DNA of 63,496 bases, the filler included, from Octopus bimaculoides (Eukaryota), in NCBI RefSeq assembly GCF_001194135.2. It is 5 parts of 5 records of this genome, joined end to end, with 100 filler letters (N's around TTAATTAATTAA, not from the genome) between each part and the next. Parts side by side here need not be neighbours in the genome. Positions count along the whole stretch, not along the records: positions 27,773 to 53,423 come from NC_068982.1; positions 53,524 to 57,416 come from NC_068994.1; positions 57,517 to 61,947 come from NC_068984.1; 2 more parts are not named here. One strand, written 5' to 3'. Within the stretch, counting starts at the first letter, position 1, and each line of letters opens with the position of its first letter. Of this stretch, positions 48,022-61,659 are shown in pieces. Under the pieces are notes generated by a model that saw only the letters and a list, made by a program, of their open reading frames with translations, was not told the DNA's origin and ran no database searches. The position numbers and the translations under genes were made by a program.

Positions 48022-49185
48022 CACATACACGTACCAGCACATTCGTCTGCGCGCGCATGTATGTCTACATTATTGAAAACACGACTCTAGTCCTGTTTTA
48101 TTTATCTACTCTTCTTTGTTTTTTATTATTTCTATTGCGAAGGAATTTTAGCAATTCTTTATTAGTCCTTTGTGTTTTGTTGGGAATAATAAATTTTCAA
48201 GGTTCATCGCTTTTTCAAGAACTTTCTAGTCTTATCTTCTGGATGAAATGGTTTTAGTGGCGGTTGTTATTGTCGTCTTATTCGAGGCGAAAGAACCATG
48301 GCGGCGATGACGCGTCTGTTCTCATTAGTTATAGACGAACGTTAAATATTTTGACGTTTGGTTTCAGCAAGCTGTAAATAGTGTGTTGATGTTTAGTTTT
48401 AGTTTGCTATTAGGGGGTACGTGTGTGCTGAGAATTGCGTTATAAAGCATACACACACTAACATACAAAGAAAACCACCGTTGCAACTCAAGTTGAAACA
48501 ACATGGCTGTACTGCATAGAACTTCTTTAAAAACTTGAATAGTAAAATATATTTTAGTATTAATATATCTTCCGTTTACGATCTTTCTGTTTTTAAAGGC
48601 GTTCTATACAGTGCAGTCATGTTTCATCAACTTGTTCTGCAATGGTCTGCGTTGTATGTCTGTATACATGCTCTTTTATTTAAAAACACTCTTTGAATGC
48701 ATCAAAATAAAAGAAGTCCTGGCACCCAAGAAACAAATCTCCTTCATTACAATGTGGACAGGAGCAATATAACCTCACAGTGTTGTTTAATGCTTCTTTT
48801 CAACAATTTCGCTGTTCTGTTTATGCTCGTATTTGAAATTGCAGAAAACGTGTTGTGCTTTTTTCTTTGCTCAGAATTCCATTTTTGTTTCTTTTTTCTT
48901 TTAAGGATGATGATTTAAAATGCTTTATAAAATAACCTCAGAGTAACACTGGTTTATCACTATATATGTCAGCGTGTTGTTAAGTTTGATTTGAGGATGG
49001 TTATCCGTTAGCGTTCTGGTTATCAACGATTATTGGATTAAATAAATTCACAATTGCTCTGCAATTGACCTGCATTACAAACATACGTAGTTGCATAAAT
49101 CCCCCCACCACCACACATGTATTCGTCGTTGCCACGGGTAGTGCAGTGTGTGTGTGTGAGTGTGTTCATATACACATATTTACAT

Positions 49186-49491
49186 ACATGGCAGTGTGGT
49201 AAGAAGTTTGCTTCCCAGCCATATGGTTCTGAGTTCAGTACCATTGCGTGGCACCATGGCCAAGTGTCTTCTACTATAGCTCGGGGCAAACCAAAGCCTT
49301 ATGAGTGGATCGGGTAGATGGAAACTGAAAAGAAACCCGTCGTGTTTATATATGTTTGAACATTATATATATNNNNNNNNNNNNNNNNNNNNNNNNNNNN
49401 NNNNNNNNNNNNNNNNNNNNNNNNNNNNNNNNNNNNNNNNNNNNNNNNNNNNNNNNNNNNNNNNNNNNNNNNNNNNNNNNNNNNNNNNNNN

Positions 49492-49534
<43 letters not shown>

Positions 49535-49745
49535 ATGCGAGTTTGTGGTTGTCCCCACCGATTGTGTGTTTACGTCCTCGTAACTTAGCAGTTCGGCAAA
49601 AACATCTGACAGAATAAGTCTCGGCCTTAGAAAAATGTACTGTTTCAAGTCATTCGACTAAACTACTTCAAGGCGGAGCCCCAGTATGGCCGCTGTCTAA
49701 TGACTGAGACAAGTAAAATATAAGAGATAAAAGATGAAAGATAAA
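49186..49745 (+). mobile_element. SINE family B copy spanning a gap
   Basis: Head at 49190, internal microsatellite/gap, tail ..CCAGTATGGCCGCTGTCTAATGACTGAGACAAGTAAAA. Confidence 0.75.
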
Positions 49746-49843
49746 AGTCTCGATACAGGTGTAGAGTTTAATAACGTGTATGGTTTATTCAGACAGTTTG
49801 AATAAGCCATAAACTAAGCCTTTTGCTGCTGCTGCTGCTGCTG

Positions 49844-49936
<93 letters not shown>
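49844..49936. repeat. Spacerless (CTA)n-(AGT)n palindrome
   Basis: ~46-bp arms meeting at ACTAGT (49888-49893). Confidence 0.9.
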
Positions 49937-52058
49937 ATGGTCTTAAATTTTGGCTCAAGGCCAGCAGCTTTTGACGGGAAGGAGAAGTCGATTACATAGA
50001 CTTCAGTACTTGACTAGTTCTTATTTTATCCTTTCAGTGTCGATAAAATAAGCACCGGTTGAGAACTGAGGTCAATGTAATCGACTTTTCCTTCTCCCTA
50101 TAACTGCTGGCATTGTGCGAAAATTTGAAACCATCATTATTAGTATTATTATTTACTAGATTAGCGGATGGCAGTATCGGTAAAATACGAACGGGATACA
50201 ATAAGGCAGTGGTATTTCGTGGTACTTCTTAACGTTCTGAGTTCAAATCTCGACTTTACTTATATCCCCCCGTCCGAGATCGATAAAATATATACGAAAT
50301 ACATGTCTTATTGAGAATCCATCGACTGAAAAAAAAAAAAAAGAAAAAAGAACTGCTTTAAACAAAAATCTGNNNNNNNNNNAAAAAAGAAAAAAGAACT
50401 GCTTTAAACAAAAATCTGTGGCCCTGTGCCAATGTAAGAGTATTATTTACTAAATGTCCACGATGATTGATGAAGTCGACAGCTAAGAAATATTTATCTT
50501 AAGCTCATTAACTCTTTCTTTAGTCAAGCCTTTGGCTGTTTCTTGCTTTGATGCCCTTACCCCAAAACTCCTTGTCGTGGATTGTTAAAATCAAACGAAA
50601 GCTTAGAAACTAACTGATGACTTCTAGCGACTTCATAACCAGAGAAGATAGGTTTTACCACCTCCACTCTTTTCCCTTTTTTTTATTTCTCACACCATCT
50701 CTCTGTATGTATAATTAATTCGTCCACTTTTTCTACTAGTTTTCTTCTAGTTTATCTACATGTCTACTTCCAATCCCAGTATCACTTTTACTCTGTTCAT
50801 CTCCCGCTATCGCCTTATAATTTTTTCATGTCTTTTCCGTTGTTACCGGATTTTATTTTTGCTATTGCATTGTCCGCAGTCCCATCTCTTTCGCTTTTTC
50901 TCTCCTGCCTCTTTTTCTCTGTGTGTCTCTAACCCTCTCTGTATTGGTTTTTGTAAGAATAATTTTATCCTCTCTCCCTTGTCTTTCTTATTTCTGTGAT
51001 TGCTTCTGTCGTTTAAGCCTGAGTTTANNNNNNNNNNNNNNNNNNNNNNNNNNNNNNNNNNNNNNNNNNNNNNNNNNNNNNNNNNNNNNNNNNNNNNNNN
51101 NNNNNNNNNNNNNNNNNNNNNNNNNNNNNNNNNNNNNNNNNNNNNNNNNNNNNNNNNNNNNNNNNNNNNNNNNNNNNNNNNNNNNNNNNNNNNNNNNNNN
51201 NNNNNNNNNNNNNNNNNNNNNNNNNNNNNNNNNNNNNNNNNNNNNNNNNNNNNNNNNNNNNNNNNNNNNNNNNNNNNNNNNNNNNNNNNNNNNNNNNNNN
51301 NNNNNNNNNNNNNNNNNNNNNNNNNNNNNNNNNNNNNNNNNNNNNNNNNNNNNNNNNNNNNNNNNNNNNNNNNNNNNNNNNNNNNNNNNNNNNNNNNNNN
51401 NNNNNNNNNNNNNNNNNNNNNNNNNNNNNNNNNNNNNNNNNNNNNNNNNNNNNNNNNNNNNNNNNNNNNNNNNNNNNNNNNNNNNNNNNNNNNNNNNNNN
51501 NNNNNNNNNNNNNNNNNNNNNNNNNNNNNNNNNNNNNNNNNNNNNNNNNNNNNNNNNNNNNNNNNNNNATATATATATATATATATATATACATATATGT
51601 ATATATATATGCATACATACACACGTGTGTATCCGTTTACCGCATCTTTCTGTTGCTGTCTGTTTCACTTTTCTTTCTTTTAGATGTCGGTGATTACCAT
51701 CCAAAGGAAACAGCGATGACACTTGTAATCATTCGCCATAAAAGCATGTAACAGACTACGCTTAGTTTTGATGCCACGTCCTTTACACTCCTTAAAGGTA
51801 CATGTCACATTAGTGTCACGAACTTACATAGTTCAACTAGTATTCAAACCGTGACCATATTGTCTTCTCTTCCGTCATGTTACATTCACGATGACTTTAT
51901 CCAGTACATCTATTAAGGTGAGCTAAATATACACTCGGATAATCGTATTTATCCAGTATATTTATCATTTCATTTTATCATTTTATCTAGTTTCAGCTCA
52001 TGATCTGTGGCCATGCTGGGGCACCGCCATTTATCTGTTTTTAAGACAGAAGCAGACC

Positions 52059-52098
<40 letters not shown>

Positions 52099-52244
52099 GG
52101 AGGGAGAGAGAAAGAGAGAGAATATGTTATTGATGAGGTCGCGAATGATGACGAAAAGACAACTGATTGATTGTCTAACCGACTGATTAAGAAAGCGATA
52201 GTTTGATTGGTTGATTAAAAAACTAACCAATTAATGAAGCGTGA

Positions 52245-52555
52245 ATGTGCGTGACTTAGTGGTATGAGTATTCGGCTCACAATCGTATGGTCACGATTCT
52301 CAGAGGCGCCTTATGTCCTTGAGCAACAAACTTTATTTCACATTACCCCAGTTCACTCAGCTGCCAAAAATGAGTTGTACCTTAAATTCAAAAAGCCAGA
52401 CTTATCACATTCTGTGTCACGTTGAATCTCCCTGAGAACTACGTTAAGGGTACGCATGTCTGTGGAATGCTCAGTTACGTGCACATTAATTTTACGAGCA
52501 GGCTGTTTCGTTGATCGGATTAACTGGAACCTTCGTCGTCGTAGGCGATGAAGTG
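52245..52555 (+). mobile_element. SINE family C copy
   Basis: Family C body and CGTTGATCGGAT.AACTGGAACC.TCGTCGTCGTA tail. Confidence 0.75.
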
Positions 52556-53123
52556 CATGTTTAATGAACTAAAACTGAAACAGTACATGTATTTATTAAT
52601 GGCGTAATGACATTCCCATGACATAACAAAATTTGTTCCAACACACAAGTTCAGTGATTTTTCTTAATCAATGAACCCCTTTGATTACTATTTCATTCTA
52701 GTGGACCCTAAAGCTATTCGATGTTTTAAAACTAATTTTATAGATACTTGCTCCAAAATTAGTATTTTGTATTTTGTATTTTTTCCATAGAATAAATACA
52801 TCGCTAAATGATATCTAAAGCTTTTTATTCGCAAAGTAAATACGTTGAATTTTATTGATAACGAAAAAGAAATTACAAAACAGAAGAAATTCTTCCTTCC
52901 AATCTTGGATGTTTTTTAGGCATCCTTAAAAGGAAGAATAAAGAAACAACATTTAGCCAGTGAAGAAAGCCTACATGCAGAAAGCTCGTATCGCAACACA
53001 CAAACACAGACAGACAGACACACACACACACAGCTATACACACGCACACACACATATGGATATATATACATATACATACGTGTGTGCACATATATATATG
53101 TGCGTGTATGTGTATGCATATAT

Positions 53124-53177
<54 letters not shown>

Positions 53178-53383
53178 ATATATATATCATAGTATAGCGA
53201 GGATTTCAGCATCTTCATGGAATATCAAATTCGCGAATTTACTTAAGAGGCATTGCTCATTATTTATGTGTTTATACTGTTTATTTCTTACTCCAATTTT
53301 AAATGATTTTATCTTCTTTCTACAATTTGTTATTTATTTTCTTATTCTATTTTTGAATGCAATTGTAATTTTTTGAATTTTGC

Positions 53384-53423
<40 letters not shown>

Positions 53424-54196
53424 NNNNNNNNNNNNNNNNNNNNNNNNNNNNNNNNNNNNNNNNNNNNTTAATTAATTAANNNNNNNNNNNNNNNNNNNNN
53501 NNNNNNNNNNNNNNNNNNNNNNNCTTAGCGGTTCGGCAAAAGAGACCGAACCGACAGAATAAGTACTAGGCTTACAAAGAATAAGTCCTGGGGTCGATTT
53601 GCTCGACTAAAAGGCGGTGCTCCAGCATGGCCGCAGTCAAATGACTGAAACAAGTAAAAGAGTAAAAGAGTATATATATATAAGATACATAGATACATAT
53701 ATGTACATGTATGTGCGAGTGTGTGTGTATGTATGTGTAGGTAAGTATGTACGAATATATATATATATATGTATGTATGTATGTATGTAAACATACTCAC
53801 ACACCCACACACCCACACATATGACCACTGGTAATCTATTTATAAATACTTGTAATGTGCACCGATAACTCTAGCCATGTTGTTATTGTTTATAGTAATG
53901 CCATTGTTTAGGGCGCGGCGAGAGCGATTAGCACTTAGTGAACCAAAGATGAAGGCAATGTTGACGTGTGCAAGTGTGTATATGTGTGTGTGTATGTGTT
54001 GCTTGTAGGCGCGCGCAAGTGCGTGTGTACATATACTTACACATACAAGTCGTATCGATACGCGCAGACACACACACATTCGCACATACATACATACACA
54101 CACAATCACACAGCCTCACACTGACATGAATATAAATATATATATATATATATATACACACGTTTAACGGAAGATATATGTCTTATGTATGCGTAT

Positions 54197-54246
<50 letters not shown>

Positions 54247-55420
54247 ATATGTATATAAATATATTTATATACATATATATGTATATATATGTATGAATAT
54301 ATGTATATATATANNNNNNNNNNNNNNNNNNNNNNNNNNNNNNNNNNNNNNNNNNNNNNNNNNNNNNNNNNNNNNNNNNNNNNNNNNNNNNNNNNNNNNN
54401 NNNNNNNNNNNNNNNNNNNNNNNNNNNNNNNNNNNNNNNNNNNNNNNNNNNNNNNNNNNNNNNNNNNNNNNNNNNNNNNNNNNNNNNNNNNNNNNNNNNN
54501 NNNNNNNNNNNNNNNNNNNNNNNNNNNNNNNNNNNNNNNNNNNNNNNNNNNNNNNNNNNNNNNNNNNNNNNNNNNNNNNNNNNNNNNNNNNNNNNNNNNN
54601 NNNNNNNNNNNNNNNNNNNNNNNNNNNNNNNNNNNNNNNNNNNNNNNNNNNNNNNNNNNNNNNNNNNNNNNNNNNNNNNNNNNNNNNNNNNNNNNNNNNN
54701 NNNNNNNNNNNNNNNNNNNNNNNNNNNNNNNNNNNNNNNNNNNNNNNNNNNNNNNNNNNNNNNNNNNNNNNNNNNNNNNNNNNNNNNNNNNNNNNNNNNN
54801 NNNNNNNNNNNNNNNNNNNNNNNNNNNNNNNNNNNNNNNNNNNNNNNNNNNNNNNNNNNNNNNNNNNNNNNNNNNNNNNNNNNNNNNNNNNNNNNNNNNN
54901 NNNNNNNNNNNNNNNNNNNNNNNNNNNNNNNNNNNNNNNNNNNNNNNNNNNNNNNNNNNNNNNNNNNNNNNNNNNNNNNNNNNNNNNNNNNNNNNNNNNN
55001 NNNNNNNNNNNNNNNNNNNNNNNNNNNNNNNNNNNNNNNNNNNNNNNNNNNNNNNNNNNNNNNNNNNNNNNNNNNNNNNNNNNNNNNNNNNNNNNNNNNN
55101 NNNNTATATATATAAGCGTGTGTACGTTTGAGCGTGTGTGTGTGTGTGTGTGTGTGCGTGAGTGCGTGAGTGTATGTATGTATGTATGGCAATAAGTAAG
55201 TACAATCCACGGATCCTAATGAAAGAAGTTACTAAACTTCAAGCATTCAGGAGATAATGTAATCCATGTCAGAGTAACAAAGACGTGAAGATTCCTTAAG
55301 TTGCTCTGTGTTCGTTACTTGTTACGTAACTAACTTCGGCTTGTTATGAAACATTTGTAGTCTGTATTTTATCTTTTCCACAACCTCTGTAAAATAGCAA
55401 AAGAGCGAAATAGTACGTTT

Positions 55421-55850
55421 ATAGGTGCAGGCGTGGCCGTGTTGTAAGAAGCTTTCTCCCCAGCCACATGACTTCAGGTTCAGTGCCACTGCATGGCACC
55501 TTGGGCAAGAGTCTTCTACTATAGCTTCGTGTCAACCAAAGCCTTGTGATTGGATTTGGTAGATGGAAACTGAAAGAAGCCCGTCGTATACATGTGTGTG
55601 TGTGTGTGTATCTGTGTTTGTATTTGTGTCCCACCACCAACACCTCCGCCACTGCTTGACAATCGGTATGGGTCTGTTTACGTCCACGTAACTTAGCGGT
55701 TCGGCAAAGGAATCCACTGGAATATGTACCAGGCTTTTAACAAGAAAAAAAGTCCTGGAGTTGATTCATTCGAATGAAAATTCCTCAAGGTGCGGCGCCC
55801 CAGTATGGCCACAGTCTAATGACTGAAACAAGCTAGTAAAAGATAGAAGA
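55421..55850 (+). mobile_element. SINE family B, full length
   Basis: Head ATAGGTGCAGGCGTGGCCGTG, CORE-like CCTTGGGCAAGAGTCTT, internal (GT)n, tail. Confidence 0.8.
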
Positions 55851-56334
55851 TAAATATTAAACCATAGCTGGCAGGTTGGCTGGCTAGCAGGTCGACAGGT
55901 TAGCTGGCTGGCTGGTTAGCTGGTTGGTTGCTTAGCTATTTGGCTGGTTAACTGGCTTGGTTGTGGGCGAGCAGCTTGCAATTCCTTCATTGGTCTTCTG
56001 ACAAGCAACTGGAAACAGCGCACAGTGTAATGTTTGAATATTGATAAGTGAATCGTTAATAAAATCATAACAAATTCACAAAACTATGATTTTAAGTAGG
56101 ACACATTTTCGAAAGATTGCTGTTAGTTGTGTGATAACTGGCGGCGTACGGAAAGTTTTGCGTTTGGCTACTCTGGTTGTTGCACAATATTTTTATATTC
56201 TCTGTAATAACATGTCTCCTCTTGTTCTATGTCACGTTTTATGTCTTCTGTTTATTCGTCTAAGGAGCTGATCTCTAGTTTTAGAGACATTTCTCCGTGG
56301 CTATAAAAGTCAACTTATACACTATCATTTACTC

Positions 56335-56366
<32 letters not shown>

Positions 56367-57380
56367 NNNNNNNNNNNNNNNNNNNNNNNNNNNNNNNNNN
56401 NNNNNNNNNNNNNNNNNNNNNNNNNNNNNNNNNNNNNNNNNNNNNNNNNNNNNNNNNNNNNNNNNNNNNNNNNNNNNNNNNNNNNNNNNNNNNNNNNNNN
56501 NNNNNNNNNNNNNNNNNNNNNNNNNNNNNNNNNNNNNNNNNNNNNNNNNNNNNNNNNNNNNNNNNNNNNNNNNNNNNNNNNNNNNNNNNNNNNNNNNNNN
56601 NNNNNNNNNNNNNNNNNNNNNNNNNNNNNNNNNNNNNNNNNNNNNNNNNNNNNNNATATATACATATATATATATATATATATATGTGTGCATGTGGGTG
56701 TGTCTTCCTTTCTTGTTTTTCTTTCTTATCCCCCCAAAGCAGAAAGCCCTCGAAAAACCCTTACTTCCTGTCACAAGTGTAACTGGGCTTTCTGACTTAC
56801 TCCGTTACTCTTCTCCCACGACTAATCACAATTCTGCAATACTCATGTGGTTTTCTTGAGTCATAAGGATATAAAGATTTTCTGAAGCACAAGACACTTG
56901 AAGTGTAAGAGACACTAAGGAGAGAAAGGAAAAAGTAAATTAAACTGTAAAAATAAAACATAAAGTTTCCAAATAGCAACATAAACATCATAAAGTAAAT
57001 TCTACCTCCAATAAGAACGTCATCCTGAAGATAAGGCAAGGAAGGTCTTCAAAGCCGATGAACCTCAAAGGTTTATTGTCTCAAACAAATAGTAAAAGTC
57101 TGACGAGAAAATATGATGGTGATGATAATAATAATAATCTTCATTGGAAGTACAAAATGATGCATTGTATGTGTATGTGTGAATGTATACTCATACATAC
57201 ACGCGCGCGCGCACATACACATATACATAAATACATATATATATATATATATATGTTTGTGTATATCTATTATATATATATATATATAATCATATTACAC
57301 ACACATATGTGTGTGTCAGTGTGATATTAGGTCTTGTATATAGTAATTATTTAGTGCATGCACTTGCTTAAAATCTCTCT

Positions 57381-57416
<36 letters not shown>

Positions 57417-57547
57417 NNNNNNNNNNNNNNNNNNNNNNNNNNNNNNNNNNNNNNNNNNNNTTAATTAATTAANNNNNNNNNNNNNNNNNNNNNNNNNNNN
57501 NNNNNNNNNNNNNNNNTACATTATACTGAAAGGAAAAATATATATTT

Positions 57548-57972
57548 TAAAATAATTGACCGTTTCTAAAATTAAAGATGAGATGTCATTACAGATTGAC
57601 TTAATTAAATAATGAAGCTAGTCACTACAATTATATCCCTGTACAAACTACACAATGATTATTGCAGTAGTGAAATTTCTTCTGCCACTGCCAACATGTT
57701 GCTATCATCTACCTATGTTATATCTGTGTGCGTGCTTTGACAATTTTCTAAACAGGTTTACTGGGCCTTGCTAAAAAGAGACTCACAAATAACGACTACA
57801 GAATTGAAAGTCCAATTTTTTATATACAACTATATCAATCACAAAGTCATGTAGATATTTTGACAAGGTATTGATCACTTGTATAACAGATCAGCTCCTA
57901 ACATAGCATAAGAGAGAAAAATGTGCCATGAAACGATAACTCTACAGTGCTCTTTTAATAATATTGCAAATT
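57548..57972 (+). repeat. Copy 1 of a ~430-bp direct duplication
   Basis: Colinear with 60302-60770. Confidence 0.9.
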
Positions 57973-58004
57973 ATATTTCTTATAATAATAATAATAATAA
58001 TAAT

Positions 58005-58630
58005 TGATTCTGGTTTTATTGGCCACAAGGGCTAATATAAATCAAAAATATGTAAGGACAAAGACAGGACGAAGGTTACAAAGGGTTTTGTCCGAAAAGA
58101 AAACGTTCGTGCAAACAATGGAAAAACAGAGAAAGATATAACAAATAAAACTCCCAATAGGGGGAGGCGCTTCGAAAGGTTACACGTGGAAAAACCTATA
58201 AAAGCCACAGGAGCCTGGTCTGTAAATAAAAGGGGTATAGAGCCCTTTCTCCTTTTATATTACCTTTTTTTTTTACAGGTGTAACCTCAGAATTGGTCCG
58301 TTCATACTGGCCATTCTTCCAACAGTCACCCATCTTTCAACGAATTTGCTATGAGACAGCACTTCCTTCTCTACTCTCATCTTCCTTTTCAAGTGGAACT
58401 TGAAAAAGTTGACGAGGCCTTGGCCAAAGAGCAAAGTATCTGACTTTAGCCCTTTCAAACGGGTCCACCATACCACCTCTTTTGCTACAGCCACTAGACA
58501 TAGGAAAATTGCCTTGCCCTCCTGGTTAAAGGAGGTTGGCAGGTCAATCTTCACAATGGATTCAGCTGATAGCCGGATCCATCTTACACATGACAGTAGC
58601 TGTTCGACATAAACCCACAGGTCAGCAATA
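58005..58630 (-). mobile_element. Tx1-clade LINE 3' end (ORF2 C-terminus plus 3' UTR)
   Basis: IADLWVYVEQLLSCVRWIRLSAESIVKIDLPTSFNQEGKAIFLCLVAVAKEVVWWTRLKGLKSDTLLFGQGLVNFFKFHLKRKMRVEKEVLSHSKFVERWVTVGRMASMNGPILRLHL* (stop 58273); AK..VW..R and F.ERW pattern typical of L1/Tx1 ORF2 ends; UTR ends GGCCAATAAAA then (ATT)n. Confidence 0.7.
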
Positions 58631-59146
58631 CTCGGGCAAATTGCTTAAATTAGTTAAAAATGAAAATAACGCTGACATTTCATATTTTAACACATATATT
58701 TACCAAAATTATATAAAAATATCTTGAAATACTAAAGAGTAACTTTATTCAATAAAATCGCCACTGGCTTCAACCATGGCCTCCAGACGAATTTGGAATC
58801 TCCTGTAGATGTTCTTGATGGTCTCCTTGTTTAAGTTGGTGAATCCAGCCATAATCCTTGCCTTCACTTCATCTTTAGTGTTACAAGGAGTTTTGCTAGT
58901 GTCTCATTCAACTGTGCCCCACACTTAATAATCAAGGGGGTTGCAGTCAGGGGAGTTAGGTAGCCAGATGTTAGGGGTGATATGGTCACAGAAATTATCT
59001 GACAGCCATGACTGGGTTCTCCTGCTTGTGTGGCATGGTGCAGAGTCCTGTTGCCAGACATAAGGTCTTCAGGCTGCAACCCTCTTGACCCAGGGTAGCA
59101 CTACCTCCTCCAGGCACTTGATGTAGGTCTCTGTTGAGTCTGAGGC
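58631..59146 (-). mobile_element. DD37D (maT-type) transposon, 3' half, pseudogenised
   Basis: ETYIKCLEEVVLPWVKRVAA*RPYVWQQDSAPCHTSRRTQSWLSDNFCDHITPNIWLPNSPDCNPLDY*VWGTVE*DTSKTPCNTKDEVKARIMAGFTNLNKETIKNIYRRFQIRLEAMVEASGDFIE*; 37 residues between second and third D; TA at 58629-30. Confidence 0.9.
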
Positions 59147-59404
59147 TGTGTGTGTGTGTGTGCATATATGTGTGTGTGTGTGTGTATATATGTGTGTGTG
59201 TGTCTGTCTGTCTATCTTTGTGTATGTACATATATATATAGACACACGCACACACACCACCACTACAGACATACATTAATACAAATGGTGACACAAAACT
59301 ATAACGAACTTGGGAACAGTTGTTTGCCAATAGCTATGAGAAACCTGGTTGAATTTCCTGTGATTTTGATAACAACAACAGCAACAATTAGAGTAAGTCA
59401 ACAG

Positions 59405-59896
59405 TAGAGCAACAAAACAACCACACTCTTGGATGTGCTGATACACATATAGGGGTGGGGAGACATTGTTAAGACTATCGGAACAGAAATGCTGTATAGT
59501 CAATGTATCAACCACCATCAATGGTAATGTTTCTCTAAAAGAAACAGAGAAATTACCTAAATATGAAGATTGGGAAACAGAGATAACCTGGATGTGAGTC
59601 CTGAGAACTGAGGTGATCTCTATAATGGGTGTCTTGAGAACAATTGAAAGAGATGCAGACAAATACATAACCAGGAGCCCCAGGACAAAAGAAAATAGTG
59701 CAGCCAAGTACCATATGTCAAGTACGTATTATGTAGGACATTTTGAATAGAGTCAAAGGAAAAAAGCCCAGCATATATACCAAAGCCTATACACAGGTTC
59801 ACTGAAAGCATGCAATAACATTAATAATAATAATAATAACAATAATAATAATAATAATAATAATAATGATAATACTAATAATGATAATATTAATAA
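59405..59896 (+). mobile_element. 3' fragment of a restriction-like-endonuclease LINE (R4/Dong-like) ending in (TAA)n
   Basis: 59502-59750: NVSTTINGNVSLKETEKLPKYEDWETEITWM*VLRTEVISIMGVLRTIERDADKYIT, matching the decayed D..IP...N...KE.EK..KY.DL..E..RMW....IPI..GALG RLE pattern; (AAT)n 59821-59896. Confidence 0.7.
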
Positions 59897-60301
59897 TAAA
59901 GGAGTTAATTTTGGCACAATTTAAGCAATTTTAGGGGAGGGGTTAATCGATTATATTCAACCCCAATACCCACTTCATACTTATTTTATAGACCCAAAAA
60001 AGATGAAAGCAAAGTCGACCTCAGCAGCATTTGAACTCCTAACATAATGAGTCAGAATAAAAAATGCAGGGTATTTGTTTATAATGCTCTAACAAAGTTG
60101 CCAGCTTGTTGTCTTAATAATACTAAGATTATTATTTAAAAAGAAAGGAAAAGTAATAATAACAATAATAAGCCAGTATAGTAAAATTGTATGAATATAT
60201 TTAGAAGAAATAAGAAGTTGTGTATTATAAATTACATAAAAAAAAAGGAAAGTAAAATAAATATTCTTTATAAAAATTAAATAAAATCTCTTCGGTGATT
60301 T

Positions 60302-60495
60302 TAAAATAATTGACCATTTCTAAAATTAATGATGGGATGTCATTACAGGTTGACTTAGTTGAATAATGAAGCTAGTCAGCTATAATTATTTCCCTGTATA
60401 AACTACACAATGATTATTGCAGTAGTGAAAACTCTTCTGCCACTGTCAACATGCTGCTATCATCTACCTATGTTATATCTGTGTAAGTATGTGTA

Positions 60496-60526
<31 letters not shown>

Positions 60527-60770
60527 GGGCCTTCACAATTTTCTAAACAGGTTGACAGGGCCTTACTAAAATGAGACCCACAAATAACAACTATAGAATC
60601 AAAAGTCCAATTTTTGTTATGTACAACTATATCAATCAGAAAGTCATGTAGATATTTTGACAAGGTATTGATCATTTGTATAACAGATCAGCTACTAACA
60701 TAGCATAAGAGAGAAAGGTGTGCCATGAACCGATAACTCTACAGTGTTCTTTTAATGATATCGCAATTTT
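60302..60770 (+). repeat. Copy 2 of the ~430-bp duplication, with expanded (GT)n/(AT)n
   Basis: GTGTGCGTG of copy 1 is replaced by a ~45-bp microsatellite at 60481-60526. Confidence 0.9.
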
Positions 60771-61520
60771 ATCAAATGTGTTCTCTCCCTCAGTCTTGTC
60801 AAAAAAACATCTACTTCATTTTGTATTTAATGATATTAATTAATGCAATTGTTAACACTTACATGATTAAATAAGAATACGCTTATTGTAAGCAAGAATA
60901 CCAATACAATATTCAGCACAACAGAAAAACTGATGGAATTAAAAGCATAAACAAATCCCTGAAACAGCCAGAAGACCTTAAGAATTGAAGCAAGTAAACA
61001 TAGTATCTGAAATCTGGTGAGATAGGGATTATGACAAGGGTAGATGTGAATTGGTCAATAAATTAATTAATAAATAAATATGTAACAATGAAAATGAAGA
61101 ACTAATGAAAAGAATTAGGATCACTAAGAGGAATAAAATGTAAATCAGTGATGTTTGATTAAAGAGTGCACAAATGATGTAAAAATTATTTATCTATACA
61201 AAGATATATACAGGTATATATACACACACACTGAGATGTATATATATATACATACACACATGTATATTTCAATATATATATATGTGCATGTGTGTGTGTT
61301 TATATATATATATATATATATATGTATACATGCACACACACACATATACAGAGAATGCCAGAGTGTATGTGTGTGTGTGCATGTATAGATATATATATAT
61401 ATATACACACACACACATGTATATATACATACACGCACATATATGCAAATATATATATACATATATACCTATACGTACGTAACATATATACTAATATACA
61501 TTAGTGTGTGNNNNNNNNNN

Positions 61521-61559
<39 letters not shown>

Positions 61560-61623
61560 CACACCTACAACTTATTTTTGTATATATATGTATATAATTA
61601 AATGTATGTATATATATGTATAC

Positions 61624-61659
<36 letters not shown>

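Noticed and set aside
50330-50417. Exact ~40-bp direct repeat either side of a 10-N gap
   Set aside because: Unmerged contig overlap.
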